A DNA stretch of 63,054 bases, filler included, from Rozella allomycis CSF55 (lineage: Eukaryota): NCBI GenBank assembly GCA_000442015.1. It is 3 parts of 3 records of this genome, joined end to end, with 100 filler letters (N's around TTAATTAATTAA, not from the genome) between each part and the next. Parts side by side here need not be neighbours in the genome. Positions count along the whole stretch, not along the records: positions 1 to 22,367 come from KE561203.1; 2 more parts are not named here. One strand, written 5' to 3'. Numbering within the stretch: the stretch's first letter is position 1; every line of letters begins with the position of its first letter. Shown here piece after piece: positions 1-12,102 of this stretch. The notes beneath the pieces are model-generated. The model did not search any database. It had not been told where the DNA came from and was given only the letters and a program-made list of their open reading frames with translations. Position numbers and translations under genes: made by a program.

Positions 1-643
1 ATATTGACCTTAGTGGCACTTGAACTCTAAATACCACAAATGAATTCAATTACATTAGTGTCTTTGTACCCATTAAAAGATGTCAAAATTAAAATTTCCT
101 CTTCTTTCTTGAAATTAAAGATATATAGCATTCCAAAGAATGCCGTCTTGATTGTTTTAACCAGCAGTGATTCATATCTTAACAAGGCGGGTTTCGANTA
201 TCTTAACAAGGCGGGTTTCGAGGATGATGCTATTAAGTCATCTTTAGCATTGAGTAGATCTACTTTGATCATAAAATTGCCCATGTCCACGTTAACAGGA
301 CTGGTTGGTAATAAAAGTTCTAGAGAAATGTCGTATGGCTGATTTGTAGTTAAAATATTGCCGAAATCTAGTGAGTAGAATGGATTGTAAATCCTCTTTG
401 CACTATTATGTTAATTTGTGATAATAATTACTCAAAATTGAAGTATAGCTCGTACTTGTGACTTATTGGTGGAACATACCAATTGTAAAAGAGTATATAG
501 AAGAATGAACTTGATCCCAGCAGTAATGAAAACAGCAACAACAAGATAAAGATTTGAGATGCAAGAGTGAGAATATTAGTTTTTGTGATGTAATCGAATG
601 ATTTTTTACATGAATCATAGACAAAAGAAAAGGAAAATATCAT
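1..643 (-). CDS. Seipin (BSCL2/FLD1 family), 5' part; runs off the window start
   Basis: Spliced translation gives a TM helix ending FYILFYNWYVPPISHKYELYFNFE, a 29-nt intron, then QPYDISLELLLPTSPVNVDMGNFMIKVDLL...SSSKPALLRYESLLVKTIKT, matching the seipin luminal-domain motifs. Confidence 0.85.
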
Positions 644-665
644 TTGCGAAATATCCGAAATGAAT

Positions 666-2587
666 TTATTCTTCCAAGAAAAAGTAGCAACCAGATGCCT
701 TTTGTTCTCTATCTTTAATAGATTCGAATTTGTTGATTCTCGGGCGATAGTTTGTTGGATCACGACGAAATGTAATTTCAAGAGATTTGAGAAATTTGTT
801 CATTCCGGTTAAAAGGGTTTGAGGTTTGTTTGCTCTTGTTTTGACAGAAGGTTGACCATCAAAAACAATAACACGATCTGCAAGATAGGTTGCCATAATG
901 AAATCGTGTTCAACAATGAAAGCAGTTTTTTTCATGTGAAGAATAGATCTGTGGAATGAGAAGAAATGGTTATTTTACCTTTTAATAACTTTGGCGGCAA
1001 TAATACGTTGTTCAGAATCCAAGTAAGCTGACGGTTCATCGATTAAATAAACATCTGCGGGAGTTCCCAAACAAATAACGATAGCTACACGTTGAAGTTC
1101 ACCGCCAGATAAATAAAGAACTTTTTGATCTAAAAGAGGGGCAATGTTTAAAGGTTTTAAAACATCAGTTTCGAATTGAGGATGCATAAACATGACTTTG
1201 ATCTTTCGAATCAAGAGCTCACGGACCGTCCCTTGTAATTAATTGAAAAGATATTAAAGTACCTTCAAATTTTGGATTTATAGTCTGTGGCTTATAAGAA
1301 ACATTTAATTTTGGCAACACAGCACCGTCATCTGGTTGTCCAATTCCAGCAAGCATTTTGATAAAAGTTGTTTTCCCAGTTCCGTTTTCTCCCAACATTA
1401 CCACAATTTCGGAATCTGAAAAAGATCCAGATTCAATTTCAAGTTTAAATGACCCTTGAGTTTTGCTCATATTTGGATAATCATAATTTCTTATTTTATC
1501 ATTTTGAAAAGCTTCTTCTGCTGCTTCGGCCATTTTAAATTGCAACGCTTCTTGTCTAAATCTTAAATTCTCAGTTGGAATATGGCCATCAAGGAAAATA
1601 TTTATCCCTTCCCTGACAGAAAATGGCATAGTCACAACTCCATAAACACTGGGCACTCCATAAAGACAACAAACAAAATCAGATAAATAATCTAAAACAC
1701 TCAAATCGTGCTCAACTACAATAACATATCTATATTTAATTGATAATAAAACTTACGCGTCAGGTCTCAAAAGTGATCTAATAACTCTACCAGCGGCCAA
1801 TCTTTGTTTTATATCCAAGTAAGAAGAAGGCTCGTCAAAGGCATACATATCAGCATTTCTTGATGCTGCGATCGCAATAGCAAATCTTTGCAATTCTCCA
1901 CCAGACAATTGGCCAACTTTTCTATCCAACACATCTTTCAAATCCAATTGTTCAATAAGCTCTTCCATTTTTCCTCTTTCATTGCTTTTCATCAACATAT
2001 CTCGCACATTATTCTCACCAACAGCTTTTGCAATGGATTCCACATATTGTGGCTTAGTCAGGGCCTTAATCTTGTCCTCTACAATCTTTTGAAAGTAAGA
2101 TTGAAGTTCAGATCCTCTAAAATGTTGCAAAACTTCTTGCCAGCTAGGTTCTTCATCATATCTTCCCAGATTCGGCTTCATTTTACCACAAAGTACCTTC
2201 AAGGCAGTACTTTTTCCAATACCGTTGGTTCCAACAAGACCTAGAACTTGGTTAGGTCTGGGCACAGGCAATCTATGCAATTTGAAAGAATTCGCTGAAT
2301 AACGATGAGTTGTGGCCTTTTCCAAATTTGTTGGCAAATTTATAATGTTAATTGCCTCAAAGGGACATTTCTTCACACATATACCACAACCAATACACAG
2401 AGTTTCAGATATAAAGGATATTTTCGATTTGGGAGTAACCTCTATACACTGCTTGCCTTTGTTGCCTCACAAAACATGTCTTACCCATTCTCACTACAGG
2501 ACAAGATCTTTTACACTCTTGCCGACATTTTTGGGGTTTACATCTATCTTCGTTGACAATAGCAATACGTGTAAGCTTGTCTGACAT
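666..2587 (-). CDS. RLI1: ABCE1/RLI1 ribosome-recycling Fe-S ATPase, multi-exon
   Basis: N-terminal [15 protein letters not shown] and [13 protein letters not shown] Fe-S motifs, two Walker A motifs ([18 protein letters not shown]), LSGGELQR signatures, C-terminal [14 protein letters not shown]; ~28-nt introns. Confidence 0.97.
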
Positions 2588-2781
2588 TTCAAGAAAAAAT
2601 CACTAGAACCAGGGTTTAGCCGTTTAGGTGGTATTATATCCAACTTCAGCATTGTCTTTCAAAGATACTTAAAATTTTATTAACAAGAATATAATATATT
2701 TTTATGCTTGAATGTAATTAACTGCAAATAGAAATTATCAAAAAATAATTCACGCAAAGCCACACCACTTCCTGACAAACA

Positions 2782-3575
2782 ATGGTTGCCGTTGAAAATC
2801 AAACAAGAGATATGAACGCTAACATCGGCTCAGGCTTACCTGGACAATCCAAAGTAACTACGTTCCCAGTGACAAATGAATACAACGTTTGCAAAGTCAT
2901 CAATGACACTACTCTAAACACTCTTCTATTCTTCAGAGGATGCAAAGATTGCGAGTACACTATTGATAACTATACGACGAAAATAATGGTTCAAGAATGC
3001 AATAATTTGAAAATACATGTAAAAGGAAAAATTATGACAAGTGTAATTGAAATCTGGAAGTGTGACACAGTTGATATAGACGTAAGTTACAACTTTCTAT
3101 TAAATACTAGATTCATACAAAAACATTGACTCTTCAATTGGATTTGTCTTCAAATATTAATATTGTGTACGACACCAAAGAACATTACCAAGCGTTAATT
3201 TGGGCTGGTTGTGAAAACGTTCAATTGGGTTTCAATGACTACAAAGTGGAGGATGCAGATGATGGTTTATTTAAAACAGGTCTTGTTCAAATGAGAGAGC
3301 TATTTCCTTCAGTCCTTGATGATGTCGACCAATTTATTGTTCGCTTCATCAAAGGAAAATTGAGATTGGAAAGAGTTGTTCGTTTACAAAACGGTTATCC
3401 TACGACAGAAAGAGAAGCACGCGAGTTCGATCAAAGACAAGAGGAGGCTCTTCGCAAATTGGCAGAACAATCTGGAATTAAAATTAAACCAAAGCCGACG
3501 AAAACAGTTGGTAGGAATGATCCTTGTATTTGTGGATCTGTTCGGAAATACAAAAAATGCTGTGGTGCAGTTTAA
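2782..3575 (+). CDS. CAP C-terminal/cofactor-C-like beta-helix protein with C-terminal SEC-C motif
   Basis: Two ORFs joined by a 29-nt intron (3082-3110). Repeating 'FRGCKDCEYTI..IMVQECNNLKI..IEIWKCDTVDI..LQLDLSSNINI' beta-helix pattern; ends VGRNDPCICGSVRKYKKCC. Confidence 0.7.
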
Positions 3576-3579
3576 TAAA

Positions 3580-4011
3580 CTACATTTTTTCTTGTAAAAA
3601 ATCTTTTAAAACTTCCTGAACACTTTTTAGAATGACTCTTACCTTGAGTTCAGTGATTTGATTTTTTCGTATAAATTTGGATATTAAATACACGTAAGAG
3701 ATGACTTTACTCATTGTAACTGATTTCTTTTGTCCATCTGGTAGGTTGTTCATGTTATTCAGACAAGTTTGATATTTTATTATGACAGCAGCAATCATTT
3801 TGTTTTTGTATTTCAATCCGTATAATATAGACTCTAACGAATCTTTTGTCACGGCTTCAACTAGAACTGGTTGGCTTTGAGTGCTGGCAGCGCTAAACGG
3901 TGTGGCGTCGTGGGCTGAAAGGATGTTATTAAATGAGAATATAGGGGTATTATTTTGGGGAAGTAACGAAAAGTTGTCCAGAAATTGGTTTTGCGACAAA
4001 TTACGCTCCAT
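3580..4011 (-). CDS. Hypothetical protein, 143 aa
   Basis: ATG-initiated ORF filling the space between neighbouring genes, with an AACCCTGG motif just upstream; no recognisable domain. Confidence 0.5.
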   Translation of the reverse strand: MERNLSQNQFLDNFSLLPQNNTPIFSFNNILSAHDATPFSAASTQSQPVLVEAVTKDSLESILYGLKYKNKMIAAVIIKYQTCLNNMNNLPDGQKKSVTMSKVISYVYLISKFIRKNQITELKVRVILKSVQEVLKDFLQEKM

Positions 4012-4041
4012 CTTTACCAGGGTTCATCTTTAAAAAAGCGG

Positions 4042-4425
4042 TTACTTAAAAAATTTATCTATTTCTACAATTTTAACACTTTTGTGATTTTCTGAAGCCT
4101 CTTTTGTACACTGTTTGAGTTCCTTTATCAATGGTTTGCATTTATCATAGTAGACTGTGGAATTCATGCAGTTCATAGTTTTATCTGCTATTTCTTTACA
4201 ATCTGAATATATTTTATCGTAATTAGAAACACTTTTAATTTATTTATATGATATATATTACTTTTTTCTAATGCAGTTTCGATAGACGTTTTCGTATTCT
4301 ACACATCTCACTTTGTAAGAGCTGCTATGTGCCATCACACATTTTTTAAATACATTAAACTCTTGTGCACATTTTTCTTCTACTAGAGGCAGCAAGGGAT
4401 CGAATGTGTACCCCAAGGAGGTCAT
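4042..4425 (-). CDS. Four-CX9C mitochondrial intermembrane-space protein (Mix14/CHCHD5-like), 2 exons
   Basis: CAQEFNVFKKC and CVEYENVYRNC, an intron, then CKEIADKTMNC and CKPLIKELKQC: four CX9C motifs. Confidence 0.75.
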
Positions 4426-4452
4426 TAAATTTAGGAAATATGCTAAAATCAT

Positions 4453-5459
4453 TTATTCTTCACTTTTTAAAAGCTCCAACATATTTTCATACACGAAAAA
4501 TGTAACAGCAGAGGATGGTCCACTTTTTATGAGTGCTGGAGTAAGACCTCTAAATAGAGACTTGGGGCCTTCTTGAGTTAATATCTTAAAGAATGATTTT
4601 GACCAGCTGCATGGTATTGAAGGTACTGATTGGATCAACATCGAACGTTGAGGAGTTTGAATCTGTTTATAAAAACGATCATCTAGAGTACCTGCATACG
4701 CTTCCTAATAACATCGAAAGGCATTGTTATTGTTTTAGCAATAATACCTGAGAGCCCTCCAGCAAAAAATGAAGAATTAAATTGCCAGTCTTCGCTAATT
4801 CTGTCCAGAATCTTTCGGATTCCTTCGTACGAGTAAAAGATAATACCCATATAAGGGCCAACTTGAATAATTGTTGGCACCAGACCTTTATAAAATCCGA
4901 CAAGCCCTTCAGATTTAAGAATTGTTCTGACTGCCTCTGAATACGTACGATATATCTAACGTCAAAATCTTTTCCATCTCCAAACCTTTTGATCTCCATT
5001 TCCTTGAACAGCAAATCTTGTTCTCAAAATGTCGAATGGATATGTACACGAAGATGCCACAATTCCTGACAAAGCCCCAGTTAACATTTTATCTATGTTC
5101 AATGGAATTGGATCAGCGAAGTACTGGCCACCTGAATTTATGAAACTTAAAACTTACTGAGTTTTTGAATTTATTCAAATAACTGTAGGTTTGAAACTGA
5201 AAAGCGCTGTAAAATAAATATAAAAATTCCGCACTCAAATTACCCTTCCAGAGGGCCTAAAATGAAAAAGGCCATTTTCATATACTTGTATTCCTTCTTT
5301 GTGGATTATTCTCCTAGCTGTTACGATCACGTTTCTATATTCCGGTGCGCTATTCACCTGCATTCTAATTTTCACGACATCTAGCGGCGCTATGACAAAT
5401 CTTGAGCATAATCCTGCAGTAGCTCCTGCTATCACTTTATCATAATCATGTTTCTTCAT
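4453..5459 (-). CDS. TPC1: Mitochondrial carrier, thiamine pyrophosphate carrier-like (TPC1/SLC25A19), multi-exon
   Basis: Three Px[DE]xx[KR] repeats: AGATAGLCSRFVIAPLDVVKIRMQ, TYPFDILRTRFA, TMPFDVIRKRMQ; ends LFRGLTPALIKSGPSSAVTFFVYE. Confidence 0.8.
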
Positions 5460-5935
5460 TTTTCCTCTCACTTTAAAGTTTACTTTGTCGCTGTGATTGT
5501 CTTTGATTTTGATTCCAAATTTTCAAAACAGAATAGTGATATTTGGCCTTTAAATTCTCCAACTTAACGTTGATGATGCAGGTATAGCTTCTATAATTGG
5601 GAAAACACATGGTTTAAATTTCGTATTGGCTCTATTTTGAGGTGTTTTAATTTGACCTTGAAAGGATGAACGATTATTCCACGACTGTGATGGTTTATGA
5701 TTTCATAACGACAAGGATTAATATTGCGAAAGATTAAGATATTTAATCCCTAAACCTAAATAAGGAGGTTAGAAGTGCTAGATCCTTAGGATGTCATGGT
5801 AGTGCTATGACTCTATTGCTAATATAAATCTTTGCATATCATGTTCCTTTTAAGATTTAATGATCATTTAATTCATGATTAAGAGCTACAAATTATTTTC
5901 GCATTGTAACGAATTTCAATTCGAAATTTAGCAAA

Positions 5936-6450
5936 ATGACCTATGTCAAATTTGCCACAAACGTAGCTACTTTATGCATAGGACTTGATTTTATTTCTAA
6001 TTTTATTAACATTAAGTTTGTATTAATATAAGTCTATAATTTCAGGCCCAAGGCATGTCGATGCTTCCAACAATGGATAGTGGTTTGTATGTTGTAGATA
6101 AGTTTTCGCAAAATTGGAGACAATGGAAAGTCGGAGACATTATTATGTTCGAGTCTCCAATAGAGAGAGGTGCGCTTTTGTGCAAGAGGATAGCAGCTTT
6201 AGTAACATTAACCCTATAATATGAGTAGCCCGGAGATCAGGCTTGTATTAATCCTGAAGGATTGGAAGACACATACTGCGTAGTTCCAAAAGGTTCCATT
6301 TGGGTATTGGGTGATAATTTGGCCTACAGTAGAGATTCCAGGTTATATGGACCAATACCAATAAATTTGATACGAGGCCGTGTAATATACAAAGTAATTT
6401 TTTGCTTCTTTAGGAATTAGCTAAAACCTTGGCCTTGTAGGGTGAAATGA
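5936..6450 (+). CDS. IMP1: Mitochondrial inner-membrane peptidase subunit (IMP1-like, S26), 4 exons; absent from the ORF track
   Basis: Spliced translation: GMSMLPT (catalytic Ser), CKRIAAL (Lys), VPKGSIWVLGDNLAYSRDSRLYGPIPINLIRGRV. Confidence 0.88.
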
Positions 6451-6484
6451 CAATGCTAGAATTAATAAACCAAATTGTAATCAT

Positions 6485-7119
6485 TTATTCATCGTCGTCG
6501 TCATTGATATTGTCAGTGCCGAAATCAAAAATAGATTTTTTAGTGTTAGATTTAAGTAATATTACACTTTCTTTGGTCAGACGCTTTTCCAAAGAATCAG
6601 TTGTAAAATTGTCCTTGTTACCAAACTCCTCAAAACCTATTATTCTAGGAAAAAATAAATTGATTTCTTACTTGTCTACAGAAATACCATCTATGAAGCC
6701 AATGACACAGGGAAGAACTCGAATTTGTAATTTGTCGACTAAAAATGGGCACTTGTCAACCAGAATTCGAACAAACCTTGTTTCAAAATGAGTTCTAGCC
6801 AATTGTTGCAAGTGATGATCCATGATCTGACATCTTTTAAAATCCTTATGGTAGAAATGAACCAAGACTCTCTTGGTTGATGTTGTAATATTTAAAATTT
6901 CCTTGTCATTTGTAGCTTCGAAATATTCACCATGTCCATTTTCTCTCATTCTACTAAGTTCCAAAGATCTATAACACAAAGGAGTTGTATTTACTGTCGT
7001 TTTAGCTCTTCCATCCGTCTTTCACGATAAGAGGCAAGTTCATCATCTTCAGTATTTAAAATTTGATCTATTGAATCTTCACTGCAGTCCGATTCGTCAT
7101 CATAATGGCTTTTTATCAT
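6485..7119 (-). CDS. Phosducin-like thioredoxin-domain protein (TXNDC9/PLP1 family)
   Basis: YREERMEELK, GHGEYFE, VLVHFYHKDFKRCQIMDHHL, PFLVDKLQIRVLP; acidic C-terminus. Confidence 0.9.
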
Positions 7120-7164
7120 TTTGCCCTCAAAGTCTGAATTAAGGAATTTCTTAAAACTCTCTAC

Positions 7165-8313
7165 ATGCAAACTGACACAGGAGCACCAACAACGACGTTA
7201 TGGATGGGTGATATTGACCCTTGGATGGATGAAAATTATATAAGACAAATTTTTGCGCTGATGGGAGAGCCAAAAGTGTCCGCACGTATTATTAGAGATA
7301 GAGCCACTGGTGCTTCGGCAGGATATTGTTTTGTTGATTTCCCGACACATGAAATATGCGCACATATGATGACGCATGTTAACGGACAACCTATGCCCGG
7401 AGGGACCGGAAAAGTGTTCAGGCTAAACTGGGCAACTGGAAGTGGGACCAATGTGAATACTGGCTATTATGGATCAGCGTAAACTATAAAAATGAAATAT
7501 ATGTAGTACTGATTTATCCATTTATGTTGGAGATCTTAGTCCAGATGTTAACGACTACGTATTGATGGTATGAAACCGAGTCCATTTAAAATTAGACATT
7601 TTTCCAGCAAAATTTTAAAAGTGTAAGATCTGCTAAGGTCATGACTGATCCCACTAATGGTGTTTCAAGAGGTAAACTATACCTAATCTACTAACTAGGC
7701 TATGGCTACGTAAGATTCATGGATGAAGATGAATATCAAAGAGCAATAACAGAAATGAATGGTCAAGTTTTATGTGGACTTTGCATAAAAGTTGCTCCAG
7801 CATCTGTAAAAAGACCTCATGCGGCCATGGCACAACAACCTAATTCTTGGGCTAACAATGTGGCTACTATTTTCAACAGCTTGCCCTATGCTTTGCCTTA
7901 TTGGCTTCCCTACGAACCAAACATGGGAGTTCTCCATATGATAGGAGTGCCTGAAAGAGTTAACGAAGAAGATATTCGAAAGTAACTGGCATATTTTTAG
8001 TATAAATAGCTTATTAGGTGGTTATGGAGATATTTGCGATATAAAATTTTCTTACCATCACCATTTCCGTGAAGCGTTTGTTATTTTTGCGACCAGGCTA
8101 GATGTTGAAAGAGTTCTTTACAGAGTTGGCAGGGAAGTTGTTATGGGTGGTATGAATGTTGTAATAAATATGGCACCCCCTAAAATAACAGAGAAAATAG
8201 CCAGGAAAGTCATGGCGAATCCTGATGTGAAAACATCTAATGCAATGTTCGTAGCTGAGCAAGCCTACAAATTAAGGATATTTGATAGACCTATAGTGTT
8301 GCCAACTCATTAA
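7165..8313 (+). CDS. Multi-RRM RNA-binding protein, Nam8/Ngr1/SECp43 family
   Basis: TTLWMGDIDPWMDENYI...AGYCFVDF...FRLNWA; second RRM SIYVGDLSPDV...SRGYGYVRF; several tiny introns. Confidence 0.88.
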
Positions 8314-8333
8314 TGATATTAATAAAATTAAAT

Positions 8334-10632
8334 TTATTGTGAATCATTTTGCTGGAGATTTTGTAAGTACTCCTCAGCTTGTTTCTGAAAATCTATTACG
8401 GCAGAAAGCCACTGTGTGTATTATATATATTAAATTTACCGTGACTATATCTTCCTTTGGTAATGAAGTAGGATCTGGGGTAAAACTGGTTGAAACTGAT
8501 TCTGGTACTTTGACAAGGCAAATGTCGTCAGATGTTGTTTTTCTTTATTAAATGATAGAGATTTATTTACTCGTGCACTTTTCGAACAAAATTTGTAGTT
8601 AAATACGATTCAGATAATTTGTATCGCTTATTTGAAACCTTTTCGGTGTCAATCTCAAAGTCTGAAGTGGCGTTAGAATCTTTCTGTACAGGTTTTACAT
8701 TCTTCAGGGATATTTTTGGCTTCCTAGTTGGTTTCTGGTTTACAAAACCCAGTTTATATTACAATATAATTATCAATATGATTAGGGCACATCCATTTCC
8801 TGTTAGACGCAGGTAAAGCAATTAGTGGTGGGTTTAGGCAGTCCAAATGAAAAGCTAGAGGGCAGAAATCACAAGGAACCATAGCTCCCCACAGTGAACT
8901 TTTATCACAACAATGGCAAAGTAGAATTTTTCCATTTTCAGCTATAAGTAGTTTTTTGTAATCATATTCATTATGAAGAATTCTTCTATCGATTTAGTTA
9001 ATAAGATACCTGGTTTTAGATGGTTTGGCTTCTCGGGTATCGATGTATTGTCCTGAAGATGCATCCATAGACACTATTTTCATTGTAATTTCACATTTAC
9101 CATTTTCAAAGTACTCTCTTATATCTATCGGCAAGATATAATCCTCTGGATTTGTTCGAAGAATTTTCTTCATGAGTGATTGGAACAAACCTTCTCTTAC
9201 TCTTGGTGTATTCTATATGCTATTCACAATTATATAATTACTTTTTTATATCTACAAGGCTTACAATACCACGAACCAAGTGGTACTTTCCGAAACTCTA
9301 ATGGTGGATCGGTGCATTCAAAGTGAAATGAACGAGGACAAGCCTCACAGCAAATAAATGTTCCTGGATCTTTACACGTATTACAAACGTCCCGATTTAA
9401 AATCTTTTCTCCTGCAGATTCACCCTTTTTTGAATTATATATCTTTGCGTGCTGTTTTTGAATTGTTTCCTTGTCAAAATTAAATAATCTAGTAAGCCAA
9501 AACGATAATAGAATACTTTTGATATTCTTCTATTTTAAATGCTGGTAATTCCTCATCTTCCTTCCTTGCTCTGTCTAATTGCACTGACGACCTTCTTTTT
9601 CGAAGCACTCGAGAGGAAAAACTAGATTCTTTTGGACTCACTATACTCTTAGTCTTGGTTTCTTCTTTATCAGGCATCGGCTGTGAGGAGGATTCTTGGT
9701 TCGCTATTGGTTCAGAGACGACGCTAATGTCTAGTATATCTGAAGCGGCTTGAAGAACATCTTTGTCTGGTTCAAAATTTCTAATTGTATTCAAAAGTTC
9801 AGAATATTCTCCTTTTCTCGTCTGAGACAGAGAGTCGTCCAACTGTTCTGATTCCAGTTCTATGGATTCTACATCAGTACCGTAAGATACGGAAGCAATA
9901 ATCTTTGGTTTACTTAAAGAAACAATCAAAGATTTCTCTTTTTGATGTCTAAGTTTAAGAGTGACCATCTTTCTTTTTTTCTTATCGTTAGGTGCATCTG
10001 ATCGTTCAGATTTTAAAGAAACTCGAGAAATATTATCATCTTGGTATTCAAAATTGCTTTTAACGTCTCCAAACATTGCCTTAAAACTAACGTTCTTTTT
10101 CCGCAGCACCATCGAGTCACCATGACTAGAACTTTCAGAGACGTTTCCGTCTGGTATATGCTTTGAATAAAACTTTTCAGGTCGAATATCCGATTCTTTC
10201 ATCATGGAATATGCTATTACAACGAAAAGCAGTCATATTACTATTCTTTGATGATATCGGGAGCGTAACAGTTAAAGATTTACTTTTTACATTATTCAAT
10301 AAACAATCGTGGGAAGCAGACGACTGGGATAACGATATATCGACAGCTCGAACCAATTCTTGCATTTGTTCAAATGAAGAGTTTCCTGAATAAGTTTCCC
10401 AGTCTTTCCTTTGAAGTGTAGTTGAATTTAATTCAAAAAATTCATTTTTAGAATTTAAAGATGAATATTCGTTGTTGAGAACCATGGGCCCTTCCATCGT
10501 TTGCTTTGAATTTGAAAACTCGACGAGGGTGCTCCAAACATCAGTTGAGGATAATTGAGGAGGCGAAAAATCCATATTGTTTGAGTTTTGGTCACTTGCA
10601 GGCTCAGTGGGATACATTTGCGCCTTTGTCAT
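8334..10632 (-). CDS. Double PHD-finger chromatin protein (Rco1/PHF12-like); start approximate
   Basis: PHD1 CNTCKDPGTFICCEACPRSFHFECTDPPL..WYCKPC; linker NPEDYILPIDIREYF; PHD2 CHCC..VPCDFCPLAFHLDCLNPPL..KWMCPNH; long disordered N-terminus. Confidence 0.8.
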
Positions 10633-11002
10633 TGCTTCTGCTAGGAATTCAGACAGGGTTTCATTTGGACAAAACGCAATGCAAAAGGATGAATTTAAAT
10701 TATAAGCTTTATTATTATCACTGCTAATAAAGGATGTTACAATTACAATTAGTCGGTGCGACAGAAGTATTGTACTTGTGAAGAAGAAAACACGTGGTAG
10801 AAGTCCTGCTTTAATTAATAAATAAATTAAGAGACTAAGAGTTAAATTCGTATCTGTGCTAATTATTGTTATGCTTGATGAAACTAACAGATGAATGCAA
10901 TTCCAGACCAGTACCTTCAAAACCACATAGCCAGAAATTTGGTAAAAATAAACACAACTAATCAGCTCTAGACTCAATAGCGCGTATTTAGTTATACATC
11001 CT

Positions 11003-11314
11003 TTATTTAAAATCAGATTCATTTAAATTTTCTTTTTCCAATGCAGCCTTTTCTTTTTGAGCTTTCTTAAATTTATCAGTTAATGATAATGGTTTCATTC
11101 TATTCTCAGAAACGAACACATTTACGATTTCATCCCGTGCATATGGTTGGCTTGAATTTTTTGAGAACATGGTGACATGATCGAATCTGTTGGGCTAGAA
11201 ATTCTTATTATTATTTATTTGAACTATTTACCCAAACATTTTTTGCGGAGGTTGGCGTTTAAGCCGTTGAATTGTGGGGTTAAATGCATTCTTTTCTGAG
11301 CTATTTGGCTCCAT
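11003..11314 (-). CDS. SPO12: Spo12-family small protein, 3 exons; absent from the ORF track
   Basis: After removing 28- and 26-nt introns: MEPNSSEK...MFGISSPTDSIMSPCSQKIQANHMHGMKSMKPLSL...; SPTDxxMSPCSxK is the Spo12 signature. Confidence 0.75.
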
Positions 11315-11457
11315 TATGTTTTGTAAATTTCGCTCTTCGATTTCAAAGGAATTTTTTGAATCAAAAGTAACTAGTAAGCCATATTATTGCGACGATAAAA
11401 TTTATTTGTTACAATACCTTTAATGTTGCCAAAAACAGCAAGAGTGGCTGAGTTTTT

Positions 11458-11597
11458 GACCGCTCCTAACAGGTGGATTAAGTGTGTGAGATGGTGTAGT
11501 CTGTTGAGTGGAGCGCAAATAAATGAAGTACACATATGTGCTATGCAATTTACCAATACATCTCGTTAATGCGATGGTGTATGTATGTGCTACAAAA
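11458..11597 (+). ncRNA. Candidate box H/ACA snoRNA-like RNA
   Basis: Hairpin (CGCTCC/GGAGCG, GGATTA/TAGTCT), ANANNA box (AAATAA 11517-11522), second hairpin (AGTACA/TGTGCT), ACA at 11592-11594; ~140 nt in a non-coding gap. Confidence 0.35.
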
Positions 11598-12102
11598 CAG
11601 TTGTAAATAAAAGTTCTGCTAATAATCATGTGACTTTGTCTTTCCCATTATTTTTAATCCTGATACTGCAACAAATAGAAACCTCATAGTCATGGTGCGT
11701 TCTTTACTTCTTTGGTTGAATTATAGAGTATGCACACAAAAACAGCGTCACGAACTCGAAAGCTGACTTATATTAAAGTTATTTGAAAGCGATCAAGAAA
11801 ACAGAGTAAATCATGGATTATTTAATGACTTCAAAATCTGTAAATAATTAATATGACACACCTAACATGATCCTAGTGAAAAGATGACAAAACTGAATTC
11901 TCTTGTTTCTTGGAATTTTTAGGCCTTAGGGATTAATCATTAAATATTAATGATATGCAAAAGACTGAAAGAAAGCTTAAATAAGGCTCAAATTAAAGGT
12001 AGGTCTCACCCTAAAGTAAGAAATTTTAATTGGTTTTAATATTTTCTTTGCGGATTTCTAGAAGTGCGGTTCAGTTTCAACCAGTGGCGCATTGACGAAG
12101 AA

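Noticed and set aside
178-220. Short direct duplications flanking single Ns (198, 19395, 29206, 49320, 52381, 53052 and many in 57600-61900)
   Set aside because: Every case is centred on an N join, so these are assembly overlap artefacts.
5460-5935. TPP riboswitch upstream of the TPP carrier
   Set aside because: No CUGAGA or other TPP aptamer core found on either strand.
10633-11022. Hydrophobic N-terminal extension of ORF 10177-11022
   Set aside because: Overlaps the Spo12 3' end and looks like AT-rich UTR/intergenic translation; a TM region is implausible for a PHD protein.
11480-11502. CA-rich minus-strand tract resembling a yeast telomerase template
   Set aside because: Superficial similarity only; no telomere sequence available to compare and no other supporting elements.
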